Shown here: positions 26,282-39,035 of the stretch, in pieces | Numbering within the stretch: the stretch's first letter is position 1 | How the letters are laid out: the number at the start of each line of letters is the position of its first letter | Assembly: GCF_006345805.1 (NCBI RefSeq) | Contig: NW_021833038.1 | Span: 1 to 64,000 of the forward strand | Length of the DNA stretch: 64,000 nt | Origin: Octopus sinensis | Lineage: Eukaryota | Direction: 5' to 3' | Notes under the pieces: model-generated | The model's database searches: none | The model's input: only the letters and a program-made list of their open reading frames with translations | What the model was told of the DNA's origin: nothing | Translations under genes and position numbers: made by a program

Positions 26282-26368
<87 letters not shown>

Positions 26369-27797
26369 GTATACATACATACATACATACATACATACAT
26401 ACATACATACATACATACATACATACATACATACATACATAGACATAAGAGGTACAAAGTTCAAAGAAAAGTATATAAATGACGAGAAAAATATTTAATA
26501 AAACAATAAAACTGGTGAGAAATCAATGTCGGAAGAAAGACAGAGTCACAAAATGTCAATTAAAAATTTGAGAAACTGTTGTAATATTACGAACACATAT
26601 TTAAAAGAAAGTACATTACAATGATGAAAAGGGTCTAGAAGTGCGGCGGCAAATGTCGAAGATGAAAAGGCAGTGAAGTCATATCGACAGGAGTCGAAAG
26701 AAAGAGAGAAATAAAGGAGTGGAGAGATACAGAGAAGAGTCTAAAAATTCCAGAGATAAATTCAGAGGTGGAGAAAGAAGTAAAGTGGAGACTGCAGTAA
26801 TCCTTTCAGCATCTGCCAAGGAATTCGTCAAGAAACAAACAAAAGGCTTCCCGGCGTCGTCATTCTCTTCTTAAAAACTGAGGTACATTCTACCGGTTTG
26901 CTATGAATTCTCTAGAAATTTCATCACCATAATTACATTGCCTTTTTAATTAATTACATCTTCGGCCAATGCAACGCTAGTAAATTTATTTTCGTGCTAT
27001 ATACATCAACAACAAATTCCTCGTAATGCCAAATACATCGTCTCAGTGAATCCATCAATATTTTTTTAACTACCGAGTAAGTACATCGCTAAATAATATT
27101 TTAAGTGTGCATTTATTCCAAGTTGAAATACACCTCGTTTTATTTAACTACGAAAACGAAGAAATTCCAATACAAACAATTCCTGCATTTTGGAAACTGT
27201 TTTCTGAAATTTCGAATAAATAAAAACGCTGGCGAAATGCAGAAAGAACACAATAAAATATGGCAAGTAGAGAAATTCCACATCCCATAAAGAAATATTT
27301 AGACAGTGCAAGGAGAATTATATATATCATCCTCAATGAATATAAAAATCACAAAATAATGGATTATATAAGAGCCGCTTCACATAATTTGTCATTTTAA
27401 GATGGGTTTTTTTTTCTTCCATTTGTAAACCTTTTTTGTGATTCCATACTTAAAAATTCTTATTTTTCTTATTTTTCAATATAAATTATTGTGTAAATTT
27501 GATATTGACTTAAAAAAAATTTTTTTTTTTTGGAGCCTTTGAAATGCGTTAATAAAATGTGACGAATTTGTTTTTCGAATAAAACCTTTTAAGAACGTTT
27601 AGCGATGTATATACTCTGCTGATAAAATGTATGCTGAAGGATTTTATCTGATTCTCTGGTTATTATTTGTTGTCTGAGAGACATCCTCTTCAGAATTTCT
27701 CACTTCTAACAGATATTTTCCATAAAGTCTACTGTTTCCTCAATTTTATTTTCTGCCTGCGTATTATTATTATCATCATCATCATCATCATTATTAT

Positions 27798-27859
<62 letters not shown>

Positions 27860-27964
27860 TTATTATAATTATTATAGGCTTGTAACCAGCAGTTTCTCAA
27901 CTCCAGTTATGCGATGAAGATAATATACTGATAAGATAGTTTGCAGTATACATATATATACACG

Positions 27965-28125
27965 ACAGGCTTCTTTCAGTTTCCGTTTACCAAATCCACT
28001 CACAAGGCTTTGGTCGGCTCAAGGCTATAGTAAAAGACACTTGTCCAAGGTGCCATGCAATGGGACTGAACCCCACGGAACCATGTAGTGCTAAGCAAGC
28101 TTACTTATCACACAAACCACTCCTG
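27965..28125 (-). mobile_element. Partial SINE family B
   Basis: CTTCTTTCAGTTTCCG...GGGACTGAACCC. Confidence 0.8.
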
Positions 28126-28132
28126 CGCCTAC

Positions 28133-28653
<521 letters not shown>

Positions 28654-28756
28654 ACCGTATACTCTGTGTGTGCGTGTGTGTGCTTGCGCGCGCGCGTGTG
28701 TGTATGCGTTTGTGTTATGATATGCTATATGATCTAAGTAGAAACAAAATGATTGT

Positions 28757-28875
28757 TGGTGCTTTGGTTGGCCCGAGGCTATAGTAGAAGACACTTACCC
28801 AAGGTGCCACGCAGTGGGACTGAATCCAGAACCATGTGGTTGGTAAGCAAGCTACTTACCACCCGGCCACTCCTG
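28757..28875 (-). mobile_element. Partial SINE family B (head)
   Basis: GCTTTGGTTGGCCCGAGGCTATAG...GCCACTCCTGCG. Confidence 0.85.
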
Positions 28876-29075
28876 CGACTATTATATAAGATCCAGGGAT
28901 CGAGGTGTAGGAAGCAAGTTAGCTTCAAGCAATCCGTAGTAAATAGAAAAAAGGACTTTCAAGGACACTAGTAGTTTATTGAGACAGAAGGTTGTGGATT
29001 TTTTTGATATCGCAAAAAGTTCTTTTTATATTTCATGGTAGGCGACCAGGGTTGCCGGATGTGCGGATAAGAATA

Positions 29076-29402
29076 CAAGAGTTAAGGAATGGAGAGGATA
29101 AGATCCGGTTTACATATGTTCCACGGCGAGCGGAACCTCGGAAGTGGTAAATATCCGAGCGAGGTGTATACTGCAGGTTACTTTTCAGACTACATTGTCG
29201 CGAAGGAGGTACTTGTTAATACGTGGAAGATACAATCTTTACCTCTTTGCGACAATGTAAACTTTCATTTAACCAAGATATCCTTGGCCTAAAGAGTGGC
29301 CTGCGGTATACACCTCGCTTGGATATTTATTCTTCAGAGGTTCCACTCGCTATGTACCATATGTATACCGATTCTTATCTCTACTCCATTCCTTAACTCT
29401 CG
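29076..29402. mobile_element. MITE with ~110-bp imperfect TIRs, Tc1/mariner type
   Basis: Arms 29076-29185 and 29291-29402 (GAGTTAAGGAATGGAG / CTCCATTCCTTAACTC); TA on both sides. Confidence 0.75.
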
Positions 29403-29794
29403 TATAAATATATCGAAGAATGTAAAGAGAGAAAATAGAGAGCTTCTAACAATGCGGAAACTATAATAAAACCTTTATAATAGAACCGTTATAATAGAAC
29501 CGTATGAATGTATGTATGTGTGTATGTGTATGTATGTTATGTATGTATGTATGTATGTGTGCGTGTGTGCGTGTATGTATGTATGTATGTATGTATGTAT
29601 GTATGTATGTATGTATGTATGTATGTGTGCGTGTGTGCGTGTATGTATGTATGTATGTATGTGTGTGTGTGTATGTATGTATGTATGTATGTGTGTGTGT
29701 ATGTATGTGTATGTATGTATGCATGTATGTATGTATGTATGTATGTGTGTGTGTATGTATGTGTATGTATGTATGCATGTATGTATTTATGTAC

Positions 29795-29826
<32 letters not shown>

Positions 29827-29845
29827 ATGTATGTATGTATGTATG

Positions 29846-29877
<32 letters not shown>

Positions 29878-30574
29878 TGTATGGCAAAATGGCCCACACA
29901 TTTTCAAAGTCTGACATCGGAAAACAGGTGTAAATACCAAGTTGTAACACCGTTCCTTTTGCTCCCAAACAACCTCACTCAAAGCCAACCTTTGACCTTG
30001 GTGTTCACCTATAAACTATTAATATTTCTCCCAATAGTTCTCTATTTACCATTTGCCGATATACATCATCACTATTTTCATACTTCCTGTCACTTTCAAT
30101 ATCTTCCGGTTTTACATCTTCGACGAAATTTTTTTGAAAAAATATTTTCTTTTGTATTTTGTTATCAATTTTTTTCTTCCGTTTGCTTTTGTGTGTGTGT
30201 GTGTGTGTGTGTGTTCTTTTTGCTTTGCTTTTTTTTTTTCGGGTAGATATTTCCAGGGTTGAACACGGGGTGACATGAGGTATTTAATATCAACTCTCAA
30301 CACCCTTATAGACTTAACTTTCACACGTAAATTTATTTATTTCTTGTTCTGTTTTTGTTGTTCTGTTTTCACACGAGTTCTTTTCTCCTCTTTCATCATC
30401 TTTTACACAATTTTGCTGACGTAATTCACACTTTCCTTTCTTGATAGAATTAATTGCACCTCTCAGACGTTCTGTTTACCTTTTGATGACATGAAATATC
30501 TTACAAAGAATAACGTGTCTACCATCTTCGGTGTAACAACTTCTAATTTGAAATTCGATTTCACAATGCTAGCA

Positions 30575-31010
30575 GCAGGAGTAGCTGTGTAGTAAGAAGT
30601 TTGCTTCGCAACCACATGGTTCCAGGTTCAGTCCCACTGCGTGGCACCTTGGGCAAGTGTTTACTACTATAAGCCTCAGATCTACCAAAGCCATGTGAGT
30701 AGATTTGGTAGGCGGAAACTGGAAGAAGCCCGTCATATATATGATACACACACACACACACATATATATCCTTTTCTACTTTAGGCACAAGGCCGAAATT
30801 TTGGGGGAAGGGACCAGTCGATTAGATCGACCCTAGTACACAACTGGTATTCAATTTCTCGACCCTGAAAGGATGAAATACACAGTTGAGTGAACTGGAG
30901 CAACGTGAAATAAAGTGTCTTGCTCAAGAACACAACACGCAGCCCGGTCCGAGAACTCAAGCCACAAGATCGTAAGCTCGACGCTCTAACTACTGAGCCA
31001 TGTGCCTTCA
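30575..31010. mobile_element. Cluster of partial SINEs: B (+, 30575-30740), A (-, 30775-30880), D (-, 30880-31010)
   Basis: Diagnostic motifs of each family. Confidence 0.8.
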
Positions 31011-31686
31011 CCATACATACATACATACATACATACATACATACATACACACACACACATATACATACATACATACATACATACATGCATGCATGCATGC
31101 ATACATGCATACATACATACATACATACATACATACATACATACATACATACATACATACATACATACATACATACATGCATGCATGCATAACTACCAAC
31201 GGTTTGAAAATTTAAGGACTTCATAATGTACAATGTGGTTCAGCAAAATAAATCGATAAAATAAGTCCAAGGCTTAAAGACTAGACACAAGTGCTGGGGT
31301 CGACTCCCTCGGCTAAAACCCATGAAGGCAGTGCCCCAGCTTGGTCGCATGTTAACGACTGGAACAAGTAAGACATAAGCAACAAAGATACTCTCTACGC
31401 CGCCTTTTTTAGTCTTTGATCGAAATTCCGAACTTCCAAATCCGACAGAACTTAATCTAGAAGAGATTGTCTCCCCCTATAAACAGTGGCCACCAGGGAC
31501 ACACCACGTGTATGTATGTGTGTGTGTCTGTCTGTCTGTCTGTCTGTCTGTGTGTTTTGCTAAATAAACACGCGCACTATTTTTTGCGCCCACCACCACC
31601 AAAAAATGACCATCCCGAAATATAACGATATCTGTTTCAACACAGGAATCTTGGAAAACAAATACGCACGAGTGAGCACACACACA

Positions 31687-31751
<65 letters not shown>

Positions 31752-32354
31752 GACACACACACACACACACACACATCCCTATTTTTATCTTACGGCCTTG
31801 GCATTTTCTCGTGAAAGGTCTAAAATTTCCTACGGTTAGTTTATTTTTTTATCAACGATTCTTCTGTTTTTACCATTTCGTCCTGACGTAAATAATATTC
31901 TCTCTCTTCAGAATCGTTCAAACACTTCCAGCTCGGCTTCTGCCAGCGCTTTTGACACTTCCTTAACTATGTTGTTAACACGTCTCTATAAAACATGTCC
32001 CGCATAGTTTTCTTCGACTCGTGTCATCTCACAAACGTGATGTTTGACTGTTAATCGTTCTACACGAGGAACTCATCATGTTTTAACGACATTTCTTTCC
32101 CACAAGGGAGACACATTTTTAAGAATACAATTTATTCCACTGAAAATGGCTTCTAATCATTTTATTAAATAAGGAATTCGAAAAACAAAAGCTGTGAAAC
32201 ATGATAACCAGGAGTGGCTTGAAGTGTTTTACTACTTTGAAGTTACATTTCACAGTTACATTTCATGGTCACTTTCTATCGTTAAATTTCACGATTACAT
32301 TTCACGGTTTTGTTTCATAACAATTTCTCACCATTACATTTCACATTTACTTTC

Positions 32355-32412
32355 CGTTTGTCTGTCCTTGTTTGCCCCCTCTGTGTTTAGCCCCCTGTGG
32401 GCAATAAAGAAA
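32355..32412 (+). mobile_element. Isolated SINE A tail (type i)
   Basis: TTTGTCTGTCCTTGTTTGCCCCCTCTGTGTTTAGCCCCCTGTGGGCAATAAAGAAATA. Confidence 0.8.
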
Positions 32413-32415
32413 TAA

Positions 32416-32470
<55 letters not shown>

Positions 32471-32472
<2 letters not shown>

Positions 32473-32925
32473 GAGTGAGAGAGCAGTGCATGCCATCAAA
32501 GTGACACTGGGGTAAAATATACGAAGCCCAGTATACCCATCATGACTACCCGTCTGATAAGGGTACACGAGGCACATGCATCACAACCATATGTGCGCGA
32601 CATGGTGATCTCATATCAAGATAAACAGCGCATGACCTTGCAGGTGGGGCCCAGTTAGAATTTTCTTCAGGTCGAGTAGCCCATCCTGCTCAAAAGGTCC
32701 CTGAATAAGGATTGTTTAAGGATGTTGAACGAACCATCCATGTTTCCAAAGGTGAATTATCGAAACCCCAAAGAATCCCTCTCAACACATAGCTATGATG
32801 TTCCCCCACTACTTCTGCTCGTGATCAGAGATGCACATATCGTCAGCCACTAAGGGACATGCTCAACTGGTTCAGGTCAAACAACTGACAAGCAAATCTG
32901 TGGTATTGAGCAGAATATTTTCTGT
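32471..32925 (-). mobile_element. Interspersed repeat family C, longer copy (~455 bp)
   Basis: Matches 12622-12958; (AAT)n tail on the minus strand and ATT-rich opposite flank. Confidence 0.85.
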
Positions 32926-32942
32926 AGTATCATTGTTATTAT

Positions 32943-33309
32943 TATTAGCTCCGCCTTAGCGAAGGCGGAAGTATTACTTTCAGTTGTGTTGCTTGTTTGT
33001 TTGTCCGTGGACAAGATATCTCAAGATCGACTGGATGGATTCGAATGAAACTTTCGGGGATGTTCGTACCTCGTTACAGGCACGAACTGATTAGATTTTG
33101 GGATCGATTTGGTACCGGACAGGGATTCTGGATTATTTTTCCTGTTTATTTTTACTTATTTTTTGAGAGCGGTCGTTTTTAGTATTCTCATTTATGAGGG
33201 CATTCGAGTTTATTTCAGATATTCTCATTTCAAAATCGTCTCCGGCTAATCATTGAGAGGACGTTGGTGTTGCCTTGGCGGAGGTTTGCGCTCTCTGAAT
33301 GCTCTTGTT
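32943..33309 (+). mobile_element. Non-autonomous Helentron-like (HINE/DINE-type) element
   Basis: Subterminal inverted repeat CTCCGCC / GGCGGAG, internal (GTTT)n, 3' end GCGCTCTCTGAATGCTCTTGT, T-rich insertion site. Confidence 0.65.
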
Positions 33310-33934
33310 ATTATTATTGTTATTATCAACAGATGTTATATTCACACACCTTCTGTAATGTGAACAAGTGAGTTGTTTAATTTGTTCAATGAGCTTCCGG
33401 CGAAACACCTGACACTTTGTTGCCATCTATTTAGCACCTGACTGTTGTTACACACTTCTTCAAACACTAAATCAACTTACATCTACCCACTCAAGGAGCC
33501 TGTACTCGGTCGCATGATTTGTTAGAAATAGCAGCCAAATCTACCTAAAATCACACTTTTTTTATCTTCGAAAATAACTTTTTACATCAGGCATGGTCAA
33601 CGTTTTTCAACAAGCGGGCCGCAAGTAACTTGGCTCATCAGTAGGCGGGCCGCACTTCTAAAAGCATTCAAAGTAAGTTTTTTCCGTTATGCCATTCAGA
33701 AAGTCCAGCAAACTGATTTAGATTAATGCGCAATTCTATTCTCAGTACATCGGAACAAGACGGGATGGACACGGAAGGAATACCTTTGATCATAGATCTG
33801 ACCAATCGAAATCAACCTGGGGACTAAGCAACAACAACATCTCTACTTGATTCGGTAGAAACAATAGTCAAATCTCCCTCTCAGCCCAAACTACAGTCTT
33901 AAGATAGAAACAATTATGAAGTTCCTGATATTCT

Positions 33935-34315
33935 TTTATTCTTTTACTTGTTCCAATCATTAGATTACGGCCATGCTGGAGCGCCGCCTTACCCCAGTAT
34001 TTATATTTAAGTCTGGTACTTCTCCTATCGGTCTCTTTTGCCGAACCGCTGAGTTACAAGGGTGTAAATGCACCAACATCTGTTGTCAAGTGGTGGTGGT
34101 GGCGGAGACAAACACAGAAACAAATACACGTACACACATATATACATAATATATCACAGGTTTCTTTCAGTTTCCATCTACCAAATTCACTCACAAGACT
34201 TTGTTCGACCCGAGGCTATAGTAGAAGACACTTGCTCAAGGTGCCACGCAGTGGGACTGAACCCGGAACCATGTGACTGGGAAGCAAACTTCTTACCACA
34301 CAACCACGCCTGTGC
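33935..34315 (-). mobile_element. SINE family B
   Basis: Reverse complement of the 34462 copy. Confidence 0.85.
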
Positions 34316-34461
34316 CTATATCGAACGGTCATGGATGGAACGTCTTTCATTACAGATCCATTTTACCAGAAATGGCATGGGGCTAAAGTCAGCAACAGCT
34401 ACTAACTACTAAATGGCGTATTTCGCATGTTTTAAATAGATATATACATATAGAAGTTATA

Positions 34462-34854
34462 GGCGCAGGAGTGGCTGTGTGGTAAGTAGCTTGTTTAGCA
34501 ACCACATGGTTCCGGGTTCAGTTCCACTGCGTGGCACCTTGGGCAAGTGTCTTCTACTATAGCCTCGGGCCGACCAATGTCTTGTGAATGGATTTGGTAG
34601 ACGGAAACTGAAAGAAGCGCGTCGTATATATGTAAATATATATATTATATGCGTGTGTGTGTTTGTGTGTCTGTGTTTGACAACCGATGCTGGTGTGTTT
34701 ATGTCCCCGTTACTTAGCGGTTCGGCAAAAGCGACCGATAGAATAAGTACTGGGCTTACAAAAGATTAAGTCCCGGAGTCGAGTTGCTCGATTAAAGGCG
34801 GTGCTCCAGCATGGCCGCAGTCAAATGACTGAAACAAGTAAAAGAGTAAAAGAG
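34462..34854 (+). mobile_element. SINE family B, full-length reference copy
   Basis: Head GGCGCAGGAGTGGCTGTGTGG with B-box GGTTCAGTTCC; CACCTTGGGCAAGTG CORE-like block; tail GTGCTCCAGCATGGCCGCAGTCAAATGACTGAAACAAG(TAAAAGAG)2. Confidence 0.9.
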
Positions 34855-36115
34855 TATATGCGTGTGCGTATGTGTATGTGTATATATTGGTGTGTATAGC
34901 TATGTGGGGGGGCACAGTAATTATGTCTTCGAATTACTTTACACCTTTCATGCTGTCGTAGTTCACACACCTCCACCATTCCCTTTTCCTCACCTCCTCC
35001 TCCTCCTTCTCCTCTTCCTCCGTCCTCTCCCCTGCCCACCCTCACCCGAATATTTGGACTGTCCGGTTGTCTAACACCTCGTTTCAGAAATTTCTACCTG
35101 ACGTGCTTGATGTACTTCACACCTTCGTCCCAGGAAGATTCACACCTTTTTGCGACCTTCTTTCACGCCGGTCACGTGACGTAGTTCACACCTCCTGCTG
35201 ATGTAGTTCACACCTCCAAGCAATTTATTTCCAACACCTCCTGCCGACGTAATTCACACCTTTTCGCTGATCTGTTTCACACTTTTGTTATCAATTAAGA
35301 TATATATCCGGCCGGATGGCGCCCGGAATTTCAGATTAAACCCCCAACAGCACTTCTTGATTGTTCAAACAAGCTAACTTACTTGTAAGGTTTTATGGAA
35401 ATCTATGGAAGATTCTCGGTGAAACAATTCTTACTTTGTAAAATTGACCTGATTTAACTGATTTCTGAATAAAATAACTTTCTTTTTTTTCTCGTTTTTA
35501 AAGCAGACATATTGTTCCCTTGCAATCAGAGAAATTATTTTCTCATTAATAAAATAGAAAACTGTGTTGGTTATTGTTATTGTAGTTGTTGTTGTCGTCG
35601 TCGTCGTCGTCGTCGTTGTTGTTGTTGTTGTTGTTGTTGCTGCTGCTGTTGCTGCTGCTGTTGTTGTTGCTTAGTTCAATACTAGTCCCGATCGAACGAA
35701 TCTATGGTCAAACAACATATTTGGCACTTTACTTCTTTTTTTGTTTGTTTGTTCTTTGTTTTGTTCTGTTTTGTTTTTTTCAGTCAGTGAAGAACAATAT
35801 CCAATATCGAAAAATCAGAAATGGAGACAGACAGACAGACAGAGCTGTAGAGGGAGGGAAGAGAGTAAAGTGAAACAAAGGGAGGGAGAAAGAAAAAGAG
35901 AAGAACGTGACAAGGAGGCTCCTACGAAGCTATAAGCTGCTTTTCGGGTTCTCAGAGGTGAGTCTGTTGCGCCTTATTGCAGAAACAGCTGTAGAGTAAT
36001 GAAGTCCATAAGATAATAATTTATACCTTAATTATATTTCTGTCTTATACCTTAATTATCTCTCTGTTTACTATCCATAAACAAACATATAAAACACTTC
36101 AAGGTATATTTTTGT

Positions 36116-36191
36116 TCCCTCTGAAAATATATTCAGAAATATGAACTTAATATTTAATTCACTGAGTATTAATCGAAACAGCTGTAAGGGA
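36116..36191 (+). ncRNA. Hammerhead-like motif, core mutated (second partial motif at ~35950-35996)
   Basis: Stem I TCCCT/AGGGA; core CTGAAAA (G8 to A); stem II ATATTCAG/CTGAGTAT; GAAAC-AGCT-GTA. Confidence 0.55.
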
Positions 36192-36466
36192 TAATGCTTG
36201 ATTTGTTGCTGATAATATATTCTTATTGCCTTCAGAATCTCCATTTACTTATATGAATATAAACTACAAGTTTTTATATACAGACCTATTATTTAAAGGA
36301 AATTTATTACCACCAAAATATTAGGTATATATATGCATATGTATGTAAATACATGAGCAAGCATGTAAATGCAAAGCAAGGTCGAAGAATAGTACTCGAT
36401 ACCAAAAGTAGAGTATTAAGCTTTTTTATTAAAGCAGCAAAAGCATCCCAAAAATCGATAGATATG

Positions 36467-36536
<70 letters not shown>

Positions 36537-36579
36537 CAGATAGACAGACAGACAGATTGATAGATAGATTGATAGATAT

Positions 36580-36655
<76 letters not shown>

Positions 36656-36888
36656 GTAAGTAGGTAGGTAGGTAGGTAGGTAGGTAGGTAGGTAGGTAGG
36701 TAGGTAGGTTGATAGACAGGTGGATAGGTAAGTAGGTAGAAAGATAGACAGATAGATAGATATGTATGTATATGTATATATGCATGTGTGTATATTCCAA
36801 TATATCAAAATATACACTTTGATATACATACGAAATACGTACATGCAGATTTATTATTAAACATACGTTTGAGTGTCACAGGTGTGTG

Positions 36889-36949
<61 letters not shown>

Positions 36950-37545
36950 GTACACACACATACATAGATATTTATAGATATGCATATATATATGTATGCA
37001 TGTATGTTGGTGTGTATGTACATATATATTTATAATCATGTGTGTACATGTCTGATTGTTTGTGTGTCTGTGTGTGTGTGCGTACGTGTATGTGAGAGAG
37101 AATGTATGTATATGTTTGTATAATATATATATCTGTCTACACAATATGTCTATAAGCAAAAATCATTCCAACCACAATTTTTCTTATCTTTAAAAATATT
37201 CTTATCTCTTTCTCGGTATTTTTGAATATATTTTATTTTAAATATTTTATATTCATTATTCTCAGCAGATTTTTTTATATGGTTTTTAAACAGTTTTGTA
37301 TAAGTTTGGTTGTCTTTTTTATATTTAATTTATTATAATATATTTTATTTTAATGTTTTCATTTATTTATTCATTTTGGCAAAATGTGTTTGATTAATGT
37401 TAAACAGTGATTGATAGACTGGTGTATGGAACAGGGTGTTGGTCTGGTAGGATGGGCACGAATGGAAGGGAGGCGGCGAAAGAAGTGGAAGTTATGCGAG
37501 GCAGGAAAGGACGAAGGTGATTAATGGTCGGCACGAGTGTTTCAC

Positions 37546-37582
<37 letters not shown>

Positions 37583-37853
37583 AAACTATTGTTTCTTTGT
37601 TTTGCTTTGTTTTGTTTGTTTTTTTAGTTTCAGAAAATATACAGAACGAAATTTAGGGTGTAAGGAAGAAGAAGAAGAAGAAGAGAAGAAGAAGAAGAAG
37701 AAGAAGAAGAAGAAGAAGAAGAGAAGAAGAAGAAGAAGAAGAAGAAGAAGACGAAGAAGAAAGAAGGAATAAAAAAAGAATGGGAAAGAAAAAAGAGATA
37801 ACGATAGATGTATTAAAAAGAGAGGAAAGCAAGGAAAGACAACACAAGAATAT

Positions 37854-37884
<31 letters not shown>

Positions 37885-38129
37885 GTTACGAAGGAAAATG
37901 TTGGAGAAGATTCTATAAAATCTAAGGAATATTTTAAAGAATAATTTTAAAGTATATAAATTGAAAATTTTACAACAAAAAGTTTTTTGGTCAAGTTTCA
38001 AGAATTATTGGAAGCATGTCTCTAGATATAAATGATGCCTCATTCTTCTTTTTCATAATCATCATCATCATCATCATCAGCATCAGCATCATCATCATCA
38101 TCATCCGTTATACGATTATTTATTACTAT

Positions 38130-38399
38130 TATTGTTGTTTTACTTCTCAGAGCGTTCGAACTTGTTTGGTCTGATAGATTCTCTGAGAGCAGACAGCAGC
38201 CTGTTGTCAGAGGTCTCACAGGGTCTCTTTCTGCACATTATAAGCCTTGATACTTGGTTGTTAATTATCGTGGGAGACATTCAACATTCAAGTTCCAATT
38301 TCAAAATCCTAGCTGTCCCCAACAGAGCAGCTTTTGGGGGGCTTGGATCTGCTCTCAAGCATTTCGACCGGCTCCCTAACGTTTCTACCAGCTCGCTAT
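38130..38399 (-). mobile_element. R4/Dong-clade LINE 3' end with a SINE-A head fused upstream
   Basis: KAALLGTARIL motif (38290-38340); 38350-38399 reads GCGAGCTGGTAGAAACGTTAG..CCGGTCGAAATGCTT, the SINE-A head. Confidence 0.6.
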
Positions 38400-38402
38400 C
38401 TT

Positions 38403-38463
<61 letters not shown>

Positions 38464-38464
38464 G

Positions 38465-38810
38465 TGGCATCTCAAGGCGACTACAGTACCAGTGATTGTA
38501 GGATCTCTAGGAATGATAAAAAAAGGTACTGAAACCTATTTGAAAATGATTCCAGGCTTACCATCCCTACAGGAAGTGCAAAAATCGTATTAACTGGAAC
38601 GGCTCATGTACTGAGAAGAGCATTATCGCTGTGAAAACAACATCCATCCATGAATTTGTTTATTTATTAATTTTTAAATACATATTTTATCTGTGAATTT
38701 GCGCGTGTAATCTGGGAATGCATACAATGCCCTTCTCTGCCCTAGGTGTATGGAAGACACTCGGCGAGAAACGGAAGAAAATTTGAAGAAAGAAGGAAAA
38801 AACATAATAA
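38465..38810 (+). pseudogene. R4/Dong-clade LINE 3' end
   Basis: 38465-38634 encodes WHLKATTVPVIVGSLGMIKKG...LQEVQKIVLTGTAHVLRRALSL*; 3' UTR and TAA-type tail. Confidence 0.85.
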
Positions 38811-38819
38811 TGATAATAA

Positions 38820-39035
38820 TCCTTTTCTGCTAAGGGCACAAGGACAGCCATTTGGGGGGGAGGGGATGTGTCTATTATATCAACCCCAGTGTTTCACTGG
38901 TACTTAATTAATCAACCCCGAAAGGATGAAAGGCAAAATCGACCCAAGCAGAATTTGAACTCAGAACGTAAAGACGAACGAAATACTGTTAAGCATTTCG
39001 CCCAAAGTGCTAACGATTCCACCAGTTCTGCGCCT
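38820..39035 (-). mobile_element. SINE family A (tail ii)
   Basis: CCCCGAAAGGATGAAAGGCAAA, ATTTGAACTCAGAACG. Confidence 0.85.

Larger units (their letters stand above)
24347..26291. mobile_element. Tandem (~562-bp unit) plus inverted HHR-bearing repeat; retrozyme or Penelope pLTR-like
   Basis: ~2.2 units at 24347-25563, ~1.3 inverted units at 25576-26291; (AT)n on both flanks; no ORF of recognisable type. Confidence 0.85.

Noticed and set aside
24347-26291. Pure long-read adapter palindrome artefact
   Set aside because: Arms end at different unit phases, flanks are not mirrored and the junction is templated by an internal repeat; not fully excluded without reads
32800-32889. HDV-like ribozyme at the 5' end of family C (GTCAGT/GCTGAC P1, CAT/GTG P3, TC/GA P1.1 on the minus strand)
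   Set aside because: No convincing P2 or J4/2 catalytic C, an alternative hairpin explains the same bases, and the element extends upstream of the putative cut site; a covariance search would settle it
34937-35285. CRISPR-like array
   Set aside because: Eukaryotic context, degenerate repeats, irregular spacing, no cas genes
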